Shown here in pieces: positions 18,777-27,855 of a stretch of 64,000 nt of DNA; position 1 is the first letter of the stretch, and every line of letters begins with the position of its first letter. Where the stretch lies: the sequence record KP869106; one strand, given 5' to 3'. The translations under genes and the position numbers were made by a program. The notes beneath the pieces were generated by a model, which had not been told where the DNA came from, ran no database searches, and saw only the letters and a program-made list of their open reading frames with translations. The DNA comes from Escherichia coli O157 typing phage 8.

Positions 18777-21143
18777 ATGCGCATGGTAAATGACCACGCA
18801 GAAGTGATTAAGAGTTCAACTTCTTTAGAGACGTCTCAAGCACAGATTACAATGACACCTGAGATGTTCAGCCTTTTGAGTTCTGGTGTATATACCTTTA
18901 AAGAAAGGGCAGTGATTCGTGAACTGTCATGTAACGCAGTAGATGCTCAGAAAGAAGCTGGAAAAGAGAACATTCCGTTCCATGTGCATTTACCTACTCG
19001 TTTTGAGCCTTACTTTGAAGTTCGTGATTTTGGAACTGGATTGACTCATGATAAAGTTATGAGTTTGTACCTAAACTACGGGGCTTCTACGAAGAATGAC
19101 TCTAATGACTACATTGGTGCAATGGGTATCGGCTCAAAATCCCCATTTGCAATTGCTCAGTCATTCACAGTATCTAGCTATGTTGATGGTGTTGTTAATA
19201 AGTACTCTGTTTATCTTGAGAATGGTATCCCTCAAGTAACTAAGCTGACCACTAACCCAACAAAAGAACCTAATGGTTTAGCTGTACGTGTGGCAGTTGC
19301 TGACCACCGTATCTCAAAGTTCTTTGAAGAAGCTGGAAATGTGTACTCATACTTCACTGTAAAACCAGAAAGTAATATTGAGTACGACGATGTATTAGCA
19401 GATATGAACGTCATTGCCCGTGAAGAAGGTGTTTATGATGCCATGATTCATAAGCAAAGCTGGCGTTCTAGTGGTAACAGGACAGAGTTTAATGTGGTGA
19501 TGGGTAATATTGCCTATCCAGTGAACATGGAAGCATTACTTGGTGATGATTTCTTCAAAGTCTTGCCAGAGTTTTTCCGTAGGAGCGTAGACCTTGTAAA
19601 CATCTACATGCCTATTGGTTCAGTTGCTATAGCAGCTTCTCGTGAAGCATTGCAGATGAATGATACGACAAAAAATGTTATCATCGAGGCTACCAAAAAG
19701 ATAACTGAAGCAATTACAAAGGATGTTATCAAGAAAGTTAATAGCCAACCTACACTCATGGATGCTGCACAGGCTTATGCAGAGCTACGTTTGAACTCAC
19801 GAGAGATGTTTAATGCTGTGTGTCCAAAGCTAGAGTGGGGAGGCATTAAGCTTGATTCTCTGGAAGAAGAATTGTTAAACATTCGTCGTGGAATTATCTA
19901 CGCAGAAGACGGCTCAGTCATTTATGAACGTGACGGTAAAGGCAATATTAAGGTTGATAGGAACGGGAACAATATCCCTAAAGTAGATTATCTTTATGAC
20001 CCAGTTGCTTATGTCAAGTTCAACTCTTTAGAGAGTAAGATTCGTGCAACAGCACTTTCCTACACTCAAGAGGCAAGCATGTTCAATATCTTTGGTGCAA
20101 TGCGTAAAAGCCAAATTGAACAGTTTTTGTTCGTGATTAATGACCGTCGCAATAAAAACGGTACTGAGAAGACTGTAGGACGCAATCAAATTTTGCGTGG
20201 TGCATGTCGAGACTACGCCAGTGAGTCAAATCTGTTTCACAGATACAATGGTATTGTCTTTGTATTCTCGACTGAAAAAGAGTTAGATGATTTAATCAAT
20301 CTACACAAACTTGATAAAAGCTTGTTAAAGATTGTGAAGATGTCTGATAAGGAACACCACTATCAGCGTAAAGAAGCTGTAAGGGGTGTTGTAAAACTCT
20401 GGAAAGCTGTTCCAGCAGAAACTAAAGCTTCATACAAAGAGGTGTCAGAAGACTTAGACACAATTGAAGAGCCTCAGCTTTATATTAAGGCAGTAGGTGA
20501 CACAGTTGATGGTAGATGTTTTTGCTCATCTCCAGAGGATGTAGCTAAGTCAGTTGCTAATGTTACAGGCAAGACAGTCTATGTTTTCCGAAAAGCAAAT
20601 TGGAAAAAGATACCAGAAGACTGGATTGAAGTAGATGAGAAGCTCTTGAACGACAGCTTAACTGATGTTCATTGGATTAACCATAACAGGTATATGACAC
20701 GCATCTACATGGATGGTGTCCTCGACCTTACAAGCAGTTGGATTATTGCCAGAAACTTTACGTTCAATAACAGGAAGATTTCTCGCGGGTATTGTTATTC
20801 AAGGGATACTATTAAGACAATCTTCTTAGAAGGGAATGAAGATGCTGTTGAGGCAATGTTCGGTAAGATTCAGTATGTGGCTGCACCGTTTGCATACACT
20901 TACACTATCAGTGTTCTTCAGGATTTGAAGTCATGCCTTGATAATGACACAAAACTGTACAAAAAGATTAAAAAAGCAGGTGACCGCATGGTTATCAAGC
21001 TGACAAACTATCTTTCAAAAAGAAAACAAGAAAACTTCTTGCTTTCACACTTAGATTGGAATAAAGTATCACCTATCGAAGTGAGTAAGTTTTTAGGCTT
21101 TAATGTGAAATGTGTTCCAGAAGGTACAACAATTTACGATTAA
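18777..21143 (+). CDS. rIIA: rIIA-like protein (GHKL ATPase fold)
   Basis: N-terminal Bergerat-fold motifs RELSCNAVDA, RDFGTGL, SNDYIGAMGIGSKSPF, close to the T4 rIIA N-terminus from memory. Confidence 0.8.
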   Translation: MRMVNDHAEVIKSSTSLETSQAQITMTPEMFSLLSSGVYTFKERAVIRELSCNAVDAQKEAGKENIPFHVHLPTRFEPYFEVRDFGTGLTHDKVMSLYLNYGASTKNDSNDYIGAMGIGSKSPFAIAQSFTVSSYVDGVVNKYSVYLENGIPQVTKLTTNPTKEPNGLAVRVAVADHRISKFFEEAGNVYSYFTVKPESNIEYDDVLADMNVIAREEGVYDAMIHKQSWRSSGNRTEFNVVMGNIAYPVNMEALLGDDFFKVLPEFFRRSVDLVNIYMPIGSVAIAASREALQMNDTTKNVIIEATKKITEAITKDVIKKVNSQPTLMDAAQAYAELRLNSREMFNAVCPKLEWGGIKLDSLEEELLNIRRGIIYAEDGSVIYERDGKGNIKVDRNGNNIPKVDYLYDPVAYVKFNSLESKIRATALSYTQEASMFNIFGAMRKSQIEQFLFVINDRRNKNGTEKTVGRNQILRGACRDYASESNLFHRYNGIVFVFSTEKELDDLINLHKLDKSLLKIVKMSDKEHHYQRKEAVRGVVKLWKAVPAETKASYKEVSEDLDTIEEPQLYIKAVGDTVDGRCFCSSPEDVAKSVANVTGKTVYVFRKANWKKIPEDWIEVDEKLLNDSLTDVHWINHNRYMTRIYMDGVLDLTSSWIIARNFTFNNRKISRGYCYSRDTIKTIFLEGNEDAVEAMFGKIQYVAAPFAYTYTISVLQDLKSCLDNDTKLYKKIKKAGDRMVIKLTNYLSKRKQENFLLSHLDWNKVSPIEVSKFLGFNVKCVPEGTTIYD

Positions 21144-21222
21144 AGTGTTTGACAAGGGGCTTTGAAGCCCCTTAGAATAGCCTCACAAATTGATTGATTA
21201 ACTAACAAGAGAGAGTAATAAG

Positions 21223-22332
21223 ATGACTACTAAAACTAAAGCACAGATTGACGCAGAAATTTACAAACTGGTTAAAGAAGGTAAGCTGACTAAAACAGCT
21301 ATTGCACAGAAGTTCAATACTTCAACCCGTTCAGTTGGTCGTGCTGTAGAGCGTCATGAAGCAACCTTAAAAGGCAAGAAGAAGGCAACTTCTACACCAG
21401 CTACGAAGACTTTGAAACAAGTTGCTAAGACTTTTAAAAAGAAAGCTGGCAAACCAGTTGAAAAGGTCGTTAAAGACACTGTACAGAAAGCTCCAGTAAA
21501 TAAACTGCACGAAGCTATGCAGAAAGATGACAAGATTGAGTACATGATTACTGGTGATTCTGTAATTATGACTTATGGTTCAGAATCTGAAATTGTTGAG
21601 TCTACTCATCCGAACTATCAAGAGATTGTAGTTCATGTTGTGAAAGGTGAGTTCAAGAAAGCATTTGAACTGATGAACATTCGTAAGTCTATCGAAAACT
21701 TCACTCAGGGTGCTATCACAATCAAAGGCGACAAGCTATTCTACGGTGCTGTTGAGATGCGTTCTACTCTGGTTGACCGTATTCTTCACATGATGAAAAC
21801 TGGCGATAAAGGTTTTGAACGACTTGTAATGTTCTTCGAAAAACTGATGGAAAACCCATCTAAAGATTCTGTAGAACAACTTTGGGGATTTGTATCTCAC
21901 CTTGATGTTGAAATTGATGAAGAAGGCTACATCATTGGTTGGAAGAAAGTCTCTACTCGTGAAGGCAAGCTGGTTGACTCTCACACCTACAAAGTGCCTA
22001 ATGATTTGGGTAACATTGTAGAAATGCCACGTTGGATGGTTGATAATAACCGTAACGTAACTTGCTCTCAAGGTCTTCATGTTGGTGCTTGGGATTATGT
22101 TCGTTGCTTCTCAGGTGATACAATCCTGAAGGTTCGCGTACATCCACGAGATGTTGTATCTGTTCCAACTGATTACAATGATATGAAGATGCGTTCCTCT
22201 CGTTATGAAGTTGCAGCAATCGTTGATAATCAACGTAAAGTGCTGGAAGCATGGGACGGTAAGACTGAAGCTTTGCATGTCATCGTTGGCACTGCTGGTG
22301 AACTCATCTCTCAACGTAAACGTGAAATCTAA
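21223..22332 (+). CDS. rIIB: rIIB-like protein (by position)
   Basis: 369 aa directly downstream of rIIA, the conserved rIIA-rIIB arrangement. Confidence 0.45.
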   Translation: MTTKTKAQIDAEIYKLVKEGKLTKTAIAQKFNTSTRSVGRAVERHEATLKGKKKATSTPATKTLKQVAKTFKKKAGKPVEKVVKDTVQKAPVNKLHEAMQKDDKIEYMITGDSVIMTYGSESEIVESTHPNYQEIVVHVVKGEFKKAFELMNIRKSIENFTQGAITIKGDKLFYGAVEMRSTLVDRILHMMKTGDKGFERLVMFFEKLMENPSKDSVEQLWGFVSHLDVEIDEEGYIIGWKKVSTREGKLVDSHTYKVPNDLGNIVEMPRWMVDNNRNVTCSQGLHVGAWDYVRCFSGDTILKVRVHPRDVVSVPTDYNDMKMRSSRYEVAAIVDNQRKVLEAWDGKTEALHVIVGTAGELISQRKREI

Positions 22333-22349
22333 TAAGTAATTTCTTAAAA

Positions 22350-22371
22350 GGCTGCTTCGGCGGCCTTTTTT
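22350..22371 (+). terminator. intrinsic terminator with TTCG tetraloop
   Basis: GGCTGC-TTCG-GCGGCC followed by TTTTTT. Confidence 0.55.
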
Positions 22372-22432
22372 ATTTGTATTTTGTGCAGAGTGCTGTATAA
22401 TTGATGTCACGATAAACTAAACAGGAGAACCA

Positions 22433-22981
22433 ATGAAGAAATTGATTCTAGGTTTGTGCTTAATGTTTACAGCACACTTATCTTATGCAGTTGACTGCCC
22501 AGAACTATCAATTAGCCAAAAAGTGAACATGTTAAAAGCTTACCAGTATGGTGAGAATAACATGGGTAAAGGTTGGGGTATCACTCTAGCAGCTATAGCC
22601 TTACAAGAGTCAGAGTTAGGTCTGAAGGTAGAAAATAAAAAGACCCATGACTATGGTATCTTCCAGAATCACTTGAAGACTGTTGTAAAGCGTAACAAAA
22701 TTAGTCCTAATGTTGCTAAAAAGAAACTCTTAAAAGATTTTGACTATGCCGCAAAAGAAACACATAAAGAGCTTGAGTTTTGGACGAAGGTGCATGGTCA
22801 CCCAAAGTCAAAGAAGACTTTACAAAAAGTTTTAGCATCATATAATGCTGGGTATTCGTACAGAATCCCTAAAGCTAAGAAATATTCTCAAGATGTCTAT
22901 AACAACATGAAAGTTATTGCTCAATGTGAATTTGCAACAAACATTTCTAAGGTAAACCATGAAAAAATTAAAAAAGTCTGA
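22433..22981 (+). CDS. secreted lytic transglycosylase (SLT domain)
   Basis: Signal peptide MKKLILGLCLMFTAHLSYA; QESE catalytic region, GIFQ and YNAG motifs. Confidence 0.55.
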   Translation: MKKLILGLCLMFTAHLSYAVDCPELSISQKVNMLKAYQYGENNMGKGWGITLAAIALQESELGLKVENKKTHDYGIFQNHLKTVVKRNKISPNVAKKKLLKDFDYAAKETHKELEFWTKVHGHPKSKKTLQKVLASYNAGYSYRIPKAKKYSQDVYNNMKVIAQCEFATNISKVNHEKIKKV

Positions 22982-23654
22982 TGAAGTCCTGTGCCACGCT
23001 TATGACTTACATCCTCATGAGTTAGGTCTTGATTCCTGTGTATGGACTCCAGAACAGTGTAGGGATTTTGAAGACACTGCAAGAGAAGTTGTATGTTCAC
23101 TGGAAGAGTTCCACACATCAGAACCAATTGTGAACGTTGTGGACAAAGAGACTGGACAAACTATAGGTGTAAGGCGCGATAGTTTAGTCATAGTCAATAA
23201 AGACCTTGTAGAAAAAGGTAACCTCATCTTAGCAGATATTGATGGTGTTCTTACAAATTTTAATCACGAAGATTGCTCAACGGAATTGACTGATGGGTCA
23301 TTCTCACAGTACACTAATCTTCTTGATTCTGTAAGAGCAAAGCCAACATATGTTTTCAACATTATTGATGCAATTGCAAATCATGCAGCAGTTGGACTCT
23401 TGACAGCAAGAGGTGAATCTCAGAGAATACCTACTGAGATGTTTTTAAGGCACAATATAGAGCATGATTACTTGCTTTTTATGCGTGGTTTTGGAACTAA
23501 CTCTATAAGTGCAGAAAGTTTGAAAGTGAGGATGATTCAGTCTTGCATTCTTCCTTACTTTAATATAGTATGCTTTATAGAAGATACAGAGAATAATGTT
23601 CAGAAGGTAAACAGAATCCTTCCACACATTAAAACTATGTTAGTTAAACATTGA
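22959..23654 (+). CDS. HAD-family phosphatase / nucleotidase-like (tentative)
   Basis: LILADIDGVL (HAD motif I DxDG) and IEDTENN (motif IV-like). Confidence 0.4.
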   Translation: MKKLKKSDEVLCHAYDLHPHELGLDSCVWTPEQCRDFEDTAREVVCSLEEFHTSEPIVNVVDKETGQTIGVRRDSLVIVNKDLVEKGNLILADIDGVLTNFNHEDCSTELTDGSFSQYTNLLDSVRAKPTYVFNIIDAIANHAAVGLLTARGESQRIPTEMFLRHNIEHDYLLFMRGFGTNSISAESLKVRMIQSCILPYFNIVCFIEDTENNVQKVNRILPHIKTMLVKH

Positions 23655-24130
23655 GAGAAGAACTTATGAACAATATCATTACGGTAGCACTGGACGATAC
23701 GGCAAACAAATCTGAAGTAGTTCGTAAAATGATTCAAGGTAACTTTGAAGGTAAAATTTTCCGTGCTGTTAATGTAAAAGCTGATGGTAGCATTCGCGAA
23801 TATCGTGCATTGTTGAACGTTAAGAAGCACGTAAAAGGTGTTGGTTCAACGACTGCACACAAAGAAAACCTGATGACTATCTATGATATGGGTAAGGCTT
23901 CAGAGTTAGGTGCTGAGGGTATCGTTAAAGAAGGTGCTCCGTATCGCTCTTTCAATCTGGAAACTACTCTTATGCTTTCCTTTACAAGTGGTTCCAAAAC
24001 AATCACTTATCTCTTTACTGATGCTGCAACGGTATCTGCTATTAAGGATAGCACTGTCAAAGCTGGCGTAGTTGCTGCTGCAAAAGCTTCTTCGATGGCT
24101 GCGAATATCCTTGCTAAAGTCCTCGGTTAA
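23651..24130 (+). CDS. hypothetical protein
   Basis: ORF. Confidence 0.45.
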   Translation: MREELMNNIITVALDDTANKSEVVRKMIQGNFEGKIFRAVNVKADGSIREYRALLNVKKHVKGVGSTTAHKENLMTIYDMGKASELGAEGIVKEGAPYRSFNLETTLMLSFTSGSKTITYLFTDAATVSAIKDSTVKAGVVAAAKASSMAANILAKVLG

Positions 24131-24142
24131 GGTTAAGATACA

Positions 24143-24163
24143 GGCTCCTTCGGGAGCCTTTTT
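24143..24163 (+). terminator. intrinsic terminator with TTCG tetraloop
   Basis: GGCTCC-TTCG-GGAGCC followed by TTTTT. Confidence 0.6.
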
Positions 24164-24182
24164 CATTTCAGGAGATTGTTAA

Positions 24183-24530
24183 ATGACATTTAAAGAGTTC
24201 TGTCAAGCTACTTTCATAGTTGTTTTCTTAGTTGGGGCAGGTGTCTGGGGAGGATACTCTTACAGAGACTACCAAGTTGCTGAAACTGAGCTAAACAATG
24301 AGAAGCTGATAAGTGTTGCTAAAGATGCTTATCAGGAAGGATTAGCTACACTGAGCACCAATTACAAAAATGATTTGAAAGATGTGCTTGCTAAGAATAA
24401 GCACACAAAAGAGGTACTAACGTATGAAAAAACTAAGCCAGAGTTTTATAATGTTTGTGTTACTGATAATTATGTCAGGGTGTTCAACGAACAAAGTGAA
24501 CAGTACATTCAAAAACTCCCAAGTAAGTGA
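24183..24530 (+). CDS. i-spanin-like protein (Rz-like)
   Basis: N-terminal TM helix then predicted coiled coil; overlapped by downstream lipoprotein ORF. Confidence 0.4.
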   Translation: MTFKEFCQATFIVVFLVGAGVWGGYSYRDYQVAETELNNEKLISVAKDAYQEGLATLSTNYKNDLKDVLAKNKHTKEVLTYEKTKPEFYNVCVTDNYVRVFNEQSEQYIQKLPSK

Positions 24531-24693
24531 GGGTGACAAGTACACTCAAGAAGAATCACGGTATATCATCAAAGGTAACACAGGCAGTGATGTAGCAGCA
24601 GCACTTGAGTTCTACCGTGACGGCTTTTACCAGTGTACAATTAAAGCTAATAACCTTATTGACATGATTTTATTAGGGAATAAGCAGCAATGA
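24424..24693 (+). CDS. o-spanin-like lipoprotein (Rz1-like)
   Basis: Signal peptide with lipobox IIMSGC; starts inside 3' end of preceding ORF in another frame. Confidence 0.4.
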   Translation: MKKLSQSFIMFVLLIIMSGCSTNKVNSTFKNSQVSEGDKYTQEESRYIIKGNTGSDVAAALEFYRDGFYQCTIKANNLIDMILLGNKQQ

Positions 24694-24959
24694 CAGAGAA
24701 TCAAGACACTTTCTATGTAGAAGGTTACTTACTGTTGCCACGACCAAAAGAAACTTATATGCGAATTGATTTCTTACCAACCATTATGGATAATGTGATG
24801 TGTCATATCTTTATGCAAGGTGTCACAGCACAGCTTAAGCATGTTGGTAAAGATTGCAAAATAAAGGTTGACACTCATCCAGAAATCAAAGAGAATCACT
24901 ACACATGGTTCTTACCAGATTCTAAAGAAATCTTAGCAGTTCTTAAAACGAGGAAGTAA
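24690..24959 (+). CDS. hypothetical protein
   Basis: ORF. Confidence 0.45.
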   Translation: MTENQDTFYVEGYLLLPRPKETYMRIDFLPTIMDNVMCHIFMQGVTAQLKHVGKDCKIKVDTHPEIKENHYTWFLPDSKEILAVLKTRK

Positions 24960-24961
24960 CT

Positions 24962-25285
24962 ATGCAGATTAATGGAAGAGACTTTGTAGCCGTTTACTAC
25001 GAGAAAGATAAAGAAGTTGGCGTAGCGCAAGTATCTTATGGCAATGGTGGGTGGCTATATGGAACAATCGCAGTAGTTGGAACGAGAAGTGATACAAAAA
25101 CTTTTAAAGATTGTGTTGACCTTCTTGAAGAATCCATTCAGAATCATTGGTGTCTGATATGGATGACTGACAACGAAGTGATAGAACGCTTCAAAAAGGT
25201 TGATATCAACATTGATAGTATTGAGCATGTTGATTTATATGAGCTAACTGAGAAGGTAAATTATGAAAGCTCTAGAGGTAATTGA
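24962..25285 (+). CDS. hypothetical protein
   Basis: ORF. Confidence 0.45.
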   Translation: MQINGRDFVAVYYEKDKEVGVAQVSYGNGGWLYGTIAVVGTRSDTKTFKDCVDLLEESIQNHWCLIWMTDNEVIERFKKVDINIDSIEHVDLYELTEKVNYESSRGN

Positions 25286-25490
25286 TAAAGATACTGGAGA
25301 AGTCGTATCTGCATGTGTTTTCATGAGCGATGACACAGTAATACCGTTTTACAATCTTGATGGTTTTAGTTTTACAGGGATAACTCCAGAAGAATACTTT
25401 GAAGACCTTACCTTTGCCAGAATTTCTATAGATACATTCTATAAATGCTTCTATGATGAAGGTAAAGAATTACGAGAAACTGAACTATAA
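25263..25490 (+). CDS. hypothetical protein
   Basis: ORF. Confidence 0.4.
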   Translation: MKALEVIDKDTGEVVSACVFMSDDTVIPFYNLDGFSFTGITPEEYFEDLTFARISIDTFYKCFYDEGKELRETEL

Positions 25491-25502
25491 GGTGTATGTT
25501 AT

Positions 25503-25703
25503 ATGGCTGACTTCTGCAAAGACTGTTCTATAGAAATGTTTGGACGTGATACAGGTGACTTAAAAGGTCTTATCACTGAAGATGACTTTAAAGCTGGCTA
25601 TGCAATGCCAGTAATCTGTGAAGGTTGTGGATGTATCTGGGTAGACCATGAGGGGCAACGTGTAAAACCTTCAGAAGATAAAGAATCTTGGGAGAGATGT
25701 TAA
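25503..25703 (+). CDS. small Cys-rich hypothetical protein
   Basis: 66 aa with CxxC...CEGCGC. Confidence 0.4.
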   Translation: MADFCKDCSIEMFGRDTGDLKGLITEDDFKAGYAMPVICEGCGCIWVDHEGQRVKPSEDKESWERC

Positions 25704-26489
25704 ATGGGTATTGTAAAAATAATCAATGGTGATATCTTTGCCGCATTTGATAAAGGTAAGTTTGACATCATCGGTCACGGTTGCAACTGTATGAATTTAA
25801 TGGGTGCAGGTATCGCTGACAAGATTTCTAAACTTTACCCAAAAGCATATGAGACCGATACAGAAGTTTATCTATATGCAGGTGGTATAGGACACAAACC
25901 CTGTGAAAATTTACTGGGTAATTTCTCTGTAGCACGTTTAAAACAAGGTCGTATAGCTAACCTTTACACTCAGCTTAAGACTGGTAAAGATGCCCGATAC
26001 AGTGCTTTAGAGTCATCTTTGAAACAGCTTAACAGATACTGTGAAGTTAATCAGTTGAGGAAAGTTGGTTTACCTATGATTGGTGCAGGTATCGGTGGGT
26101 TGGACCCTCAAGCCGTCACAGTTATCATCAATCAGGTGATGAAGAGTGTAGATGTTTATCTATATGTCTATGAAGGAGAGATGTACCACAAGTTACGCTC
26201 AGGTTGGAATAACTACTGTGAACCAGAATACTTTGCAGGTGTAGTAACGTTCAAAGATGATACAGTTACCCTCTTCAGACGAAGAAAAGGTAAGATACAT
26301 CAAAGTAACCCTCCGGTTGAGAAGATGTCTCTAAGTAACGCTCTAGTTACCCACCTGTCGAAGAGCAATCACAGGATAGCCGTAACATTTGGCAGTGATG
26401 CAGATACATATATTTATGCAAGAACTGATGAGGATATCGAGACGGTCTTCTCTTCACCGGAAGTTACCTTCTTAGACGCAAAGAACTAA
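25704..26489 (+). CDS. macro-domain protein (ADP-ribose binding / ADP-ribosyl hydrolase-like)
   Basis: GDIF...DIIGHGCNCMNLMGAGIA and GLPMIGAGIGGL match macro-domain glycine-rich ADPR-binding loops; extra ~90 aa C-terminal extension. Confidence 0.6.
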   Translation: MGIVKIINGDIFAAFDKGKFDIIGHGCNCMNLMGAGIADKISKLYPKAYETDTEVYLYAGGIGHKPCENLLGNFSVARLKQGRIANLYTQLKTGKDARYSALESSLKQLNRYCEVNQLRKVGLPMIGAGIGGLDPQAVTVIINQVMKSVDVYLYVYEGEMYHKLRSGWNNYCEPEYFAGVVTFKDDTVTLFRRRKGKIHQSNPPVEKMSLSNALVTHLSKSNHRIAVTFGSDADTYIYARTDEDIETVFSSPEVTFLDAKN

Positions 26490-26559
26490 GAAACTCTGTA
26501 TAATATTCACAATAGACTAAGCCTTCCTTATCTGGTAAATTTTTCAGGTAAGGAGGGCT

Positions 26560-26760
26560 TTTTCATTTCAGGATTGTGCAGGTAGAGTTCTGTAGAGAAA
26601 TCTGTAGAGAGAATTTTGAACTCCAAAGAGAAAATTCATTTTCAAACTGTGCAGGTAATCTCCAAAGAGCTTTTTCATTTTCAAAAAGTGCACCCCGCTC
26701 AGGTCGGGCAAGAAAAATCATTTTAGAATTGTGCAGGTAGGTTTTTATGGAGAGCCATAC
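26560..26760. repeat. four spaced copies of a CATTTTCA...TGTGCAGGTA motif, followed by a polypyrimidine C-rich tract
   Basis: Direct repeats near 26574, 26650, 26690, 26732; CCCCTCTCCCCCTATTACCCCCTCTCTCCCC at about 26762-26792; gene-free. Confidence 0.45.
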
Positions 26761-26915
26761 CAACCCCTCTCCCCCTATTACCCCCTCTCTCCCCAAAAGT
26801 CAAGAGAAAAATTTGTAGCGGATTGAAAAATAATTCTTGATTTGTGTTCTGTTTTGTGGTAGTCGTGTGCGCACGTTTCATTACAGTTTTTCCAAAAATA
26901 TTTTTAAAATTTTTC

Positions 26916-26944
26916 TTGACTCTTTGAACGGGGTTATCTAGTAT
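26916..26944 (+). promoter_or_regulatory. sigma70-like promoter TTGACT-17-TAGTAT heading the early-gene array
   Basis: Consensus-like hexamers with 17 bp spacer upstream of type-A leader. Confidence 0.45.
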
Positions 26945-26950
26945 TTGCAT

Positions 26951-27007
26951 CAACGGGGAGGGAATGACCTTCCCCACTAAATAAAGTCCTAAACTGGAGA
27001 TTCAAAA
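26951..27007 (+). promoter_or_regulatory. type-A conserved leader: hairpin GGGGAGGG-AATGA-CCTTCCCC, then RBS GGAG
   Basis: Near-identical 55-60 nt cassette repeated 7 times before small ORFs. Confidence 0.5.
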
Positions 27008-27388
27008 ATGGCATACCGTGCACCTAAATTCATCAACAAAGACAACTTTCGCAACGCACTGGAGAAGTCACTTGATGAGAATTTTAAAGGTAACGTTATT
27101 GTTGTTCACTCGTTCAATTTCAAGTATGATATTAACGGGAATAAAATCAACCATTACACGGCGACAATGCTAGATGGTACTCTTTCAAGTGAAAAAGCCA
27201 TTTTACATGCACTTGCTGGACGTGGTAAAAACCTGATAAGATGCGATAAGAGACGTTATCAGGGTGGCGCATATGGTTACGATGATGCTGTTTATCATCT
27301 TGAAAATATGGGCTATCAAGTAGAAAAAGCTGGAGTGTCTCAAATAATCGGTAGTGATGGTTATGTAACAATCTTCAAAATTAACTGA
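27008..27388 (+). CDS. early-array small protein (unknown function)
   Basis: ORF directly behind type-A cassette. Confidence 0.5.
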   Translation: MAYRAPKFINKDNFRNALEKSLDENFKGNVIVVHSFNFKYDINGNKINHYTATMLDGTLSSEKAILHALAGRGKNLIRCDKRRYQGGAYGYDDAVYHLENMGYQVEKAGVSQIIGSDGYVTIFKIN

Positions 27389-27406
27389 TAAAGTACTTTA
27401 CAAGGG

Positions 27407-27476
27407 GCTTATAGTTCGATAAAGTAAGCCCCAGATAAAGAGCTTTACCACTAAATCCTAAATTGGAGATTCAAAA
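27407..27476 (+). promoter_or_regulatory. type-B cassette: TTTACA, palindrome GGGGCTTA-N13-TAAGCCCC with -10-like hexamer inside, then RBS
   Basis: Cassette repeated 5 times (27407, 27776, 28846, 29642, 30913). Confidence 0.45.
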
Positions 27477-27767
27477 ATGGCTACTATCAAAAACGTTGTA
27501 ATTCCTGTAAAAACTCGTGATGACGCTCGCATCATGGCGAAAAAGTTAGGCGGGAAAGTGGTTGACAACGGAAAACAATCTGCTGTAAGATGGGGTGTGA
27601 AGGCTGATAAACAGTTGAAGTTAAAAAATTCACCAATAAATCTTTTTACATGTGTAAACACTATCGGAAAGACAAATGTATACACGAAAAAGGCATATAT
27701 TAGACGCGTAGCCTTAACATCTCCAATTCGTACAATGAGAGGTTATGCAAAGCTGAAAATTAGCTGA
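27477..27767 (+). CDS. early-array small protein (unknown function)
   Basis: ORF behind type-B cassette. Confidence 0.5.
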   Translation: MATIKNVVIPVKTRDDARIMAKKLGGKVVDNGKQSAVRWGVKADKQLKLKNSPINLFTCVNTIGKTNVYTKKAYIRRVALTSPIRTMRGYAKLKIS

Positions 27768-27775
27768 TAAAGTAC

Positions 27776-27855
27776 TTTACAAGGGGCTTAAAAGTTGGTA
27801 TCTTAAGCCCCAGATAAAGAGCTTTACCACTCAATCCTAAACTGGAGATTCAAAA
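27776..27855 (+). promoter_or_regulatory. type-B cassette
   Basis: TTTACA + GGGGCTTA...TAAGCCCC palindrome + conserved RBS region. Confidence 0.45.

Noticed and set aside
26560-26800. Possible CRISPR array suggested by the spaced TGTGCAGGTA repeats
   Set aside because: Repeat units are short (about 10-20 nt), imperfect and irregularly spaced; no 28-37 nt direct repeats with uniform spacers, no cas genes nearby.
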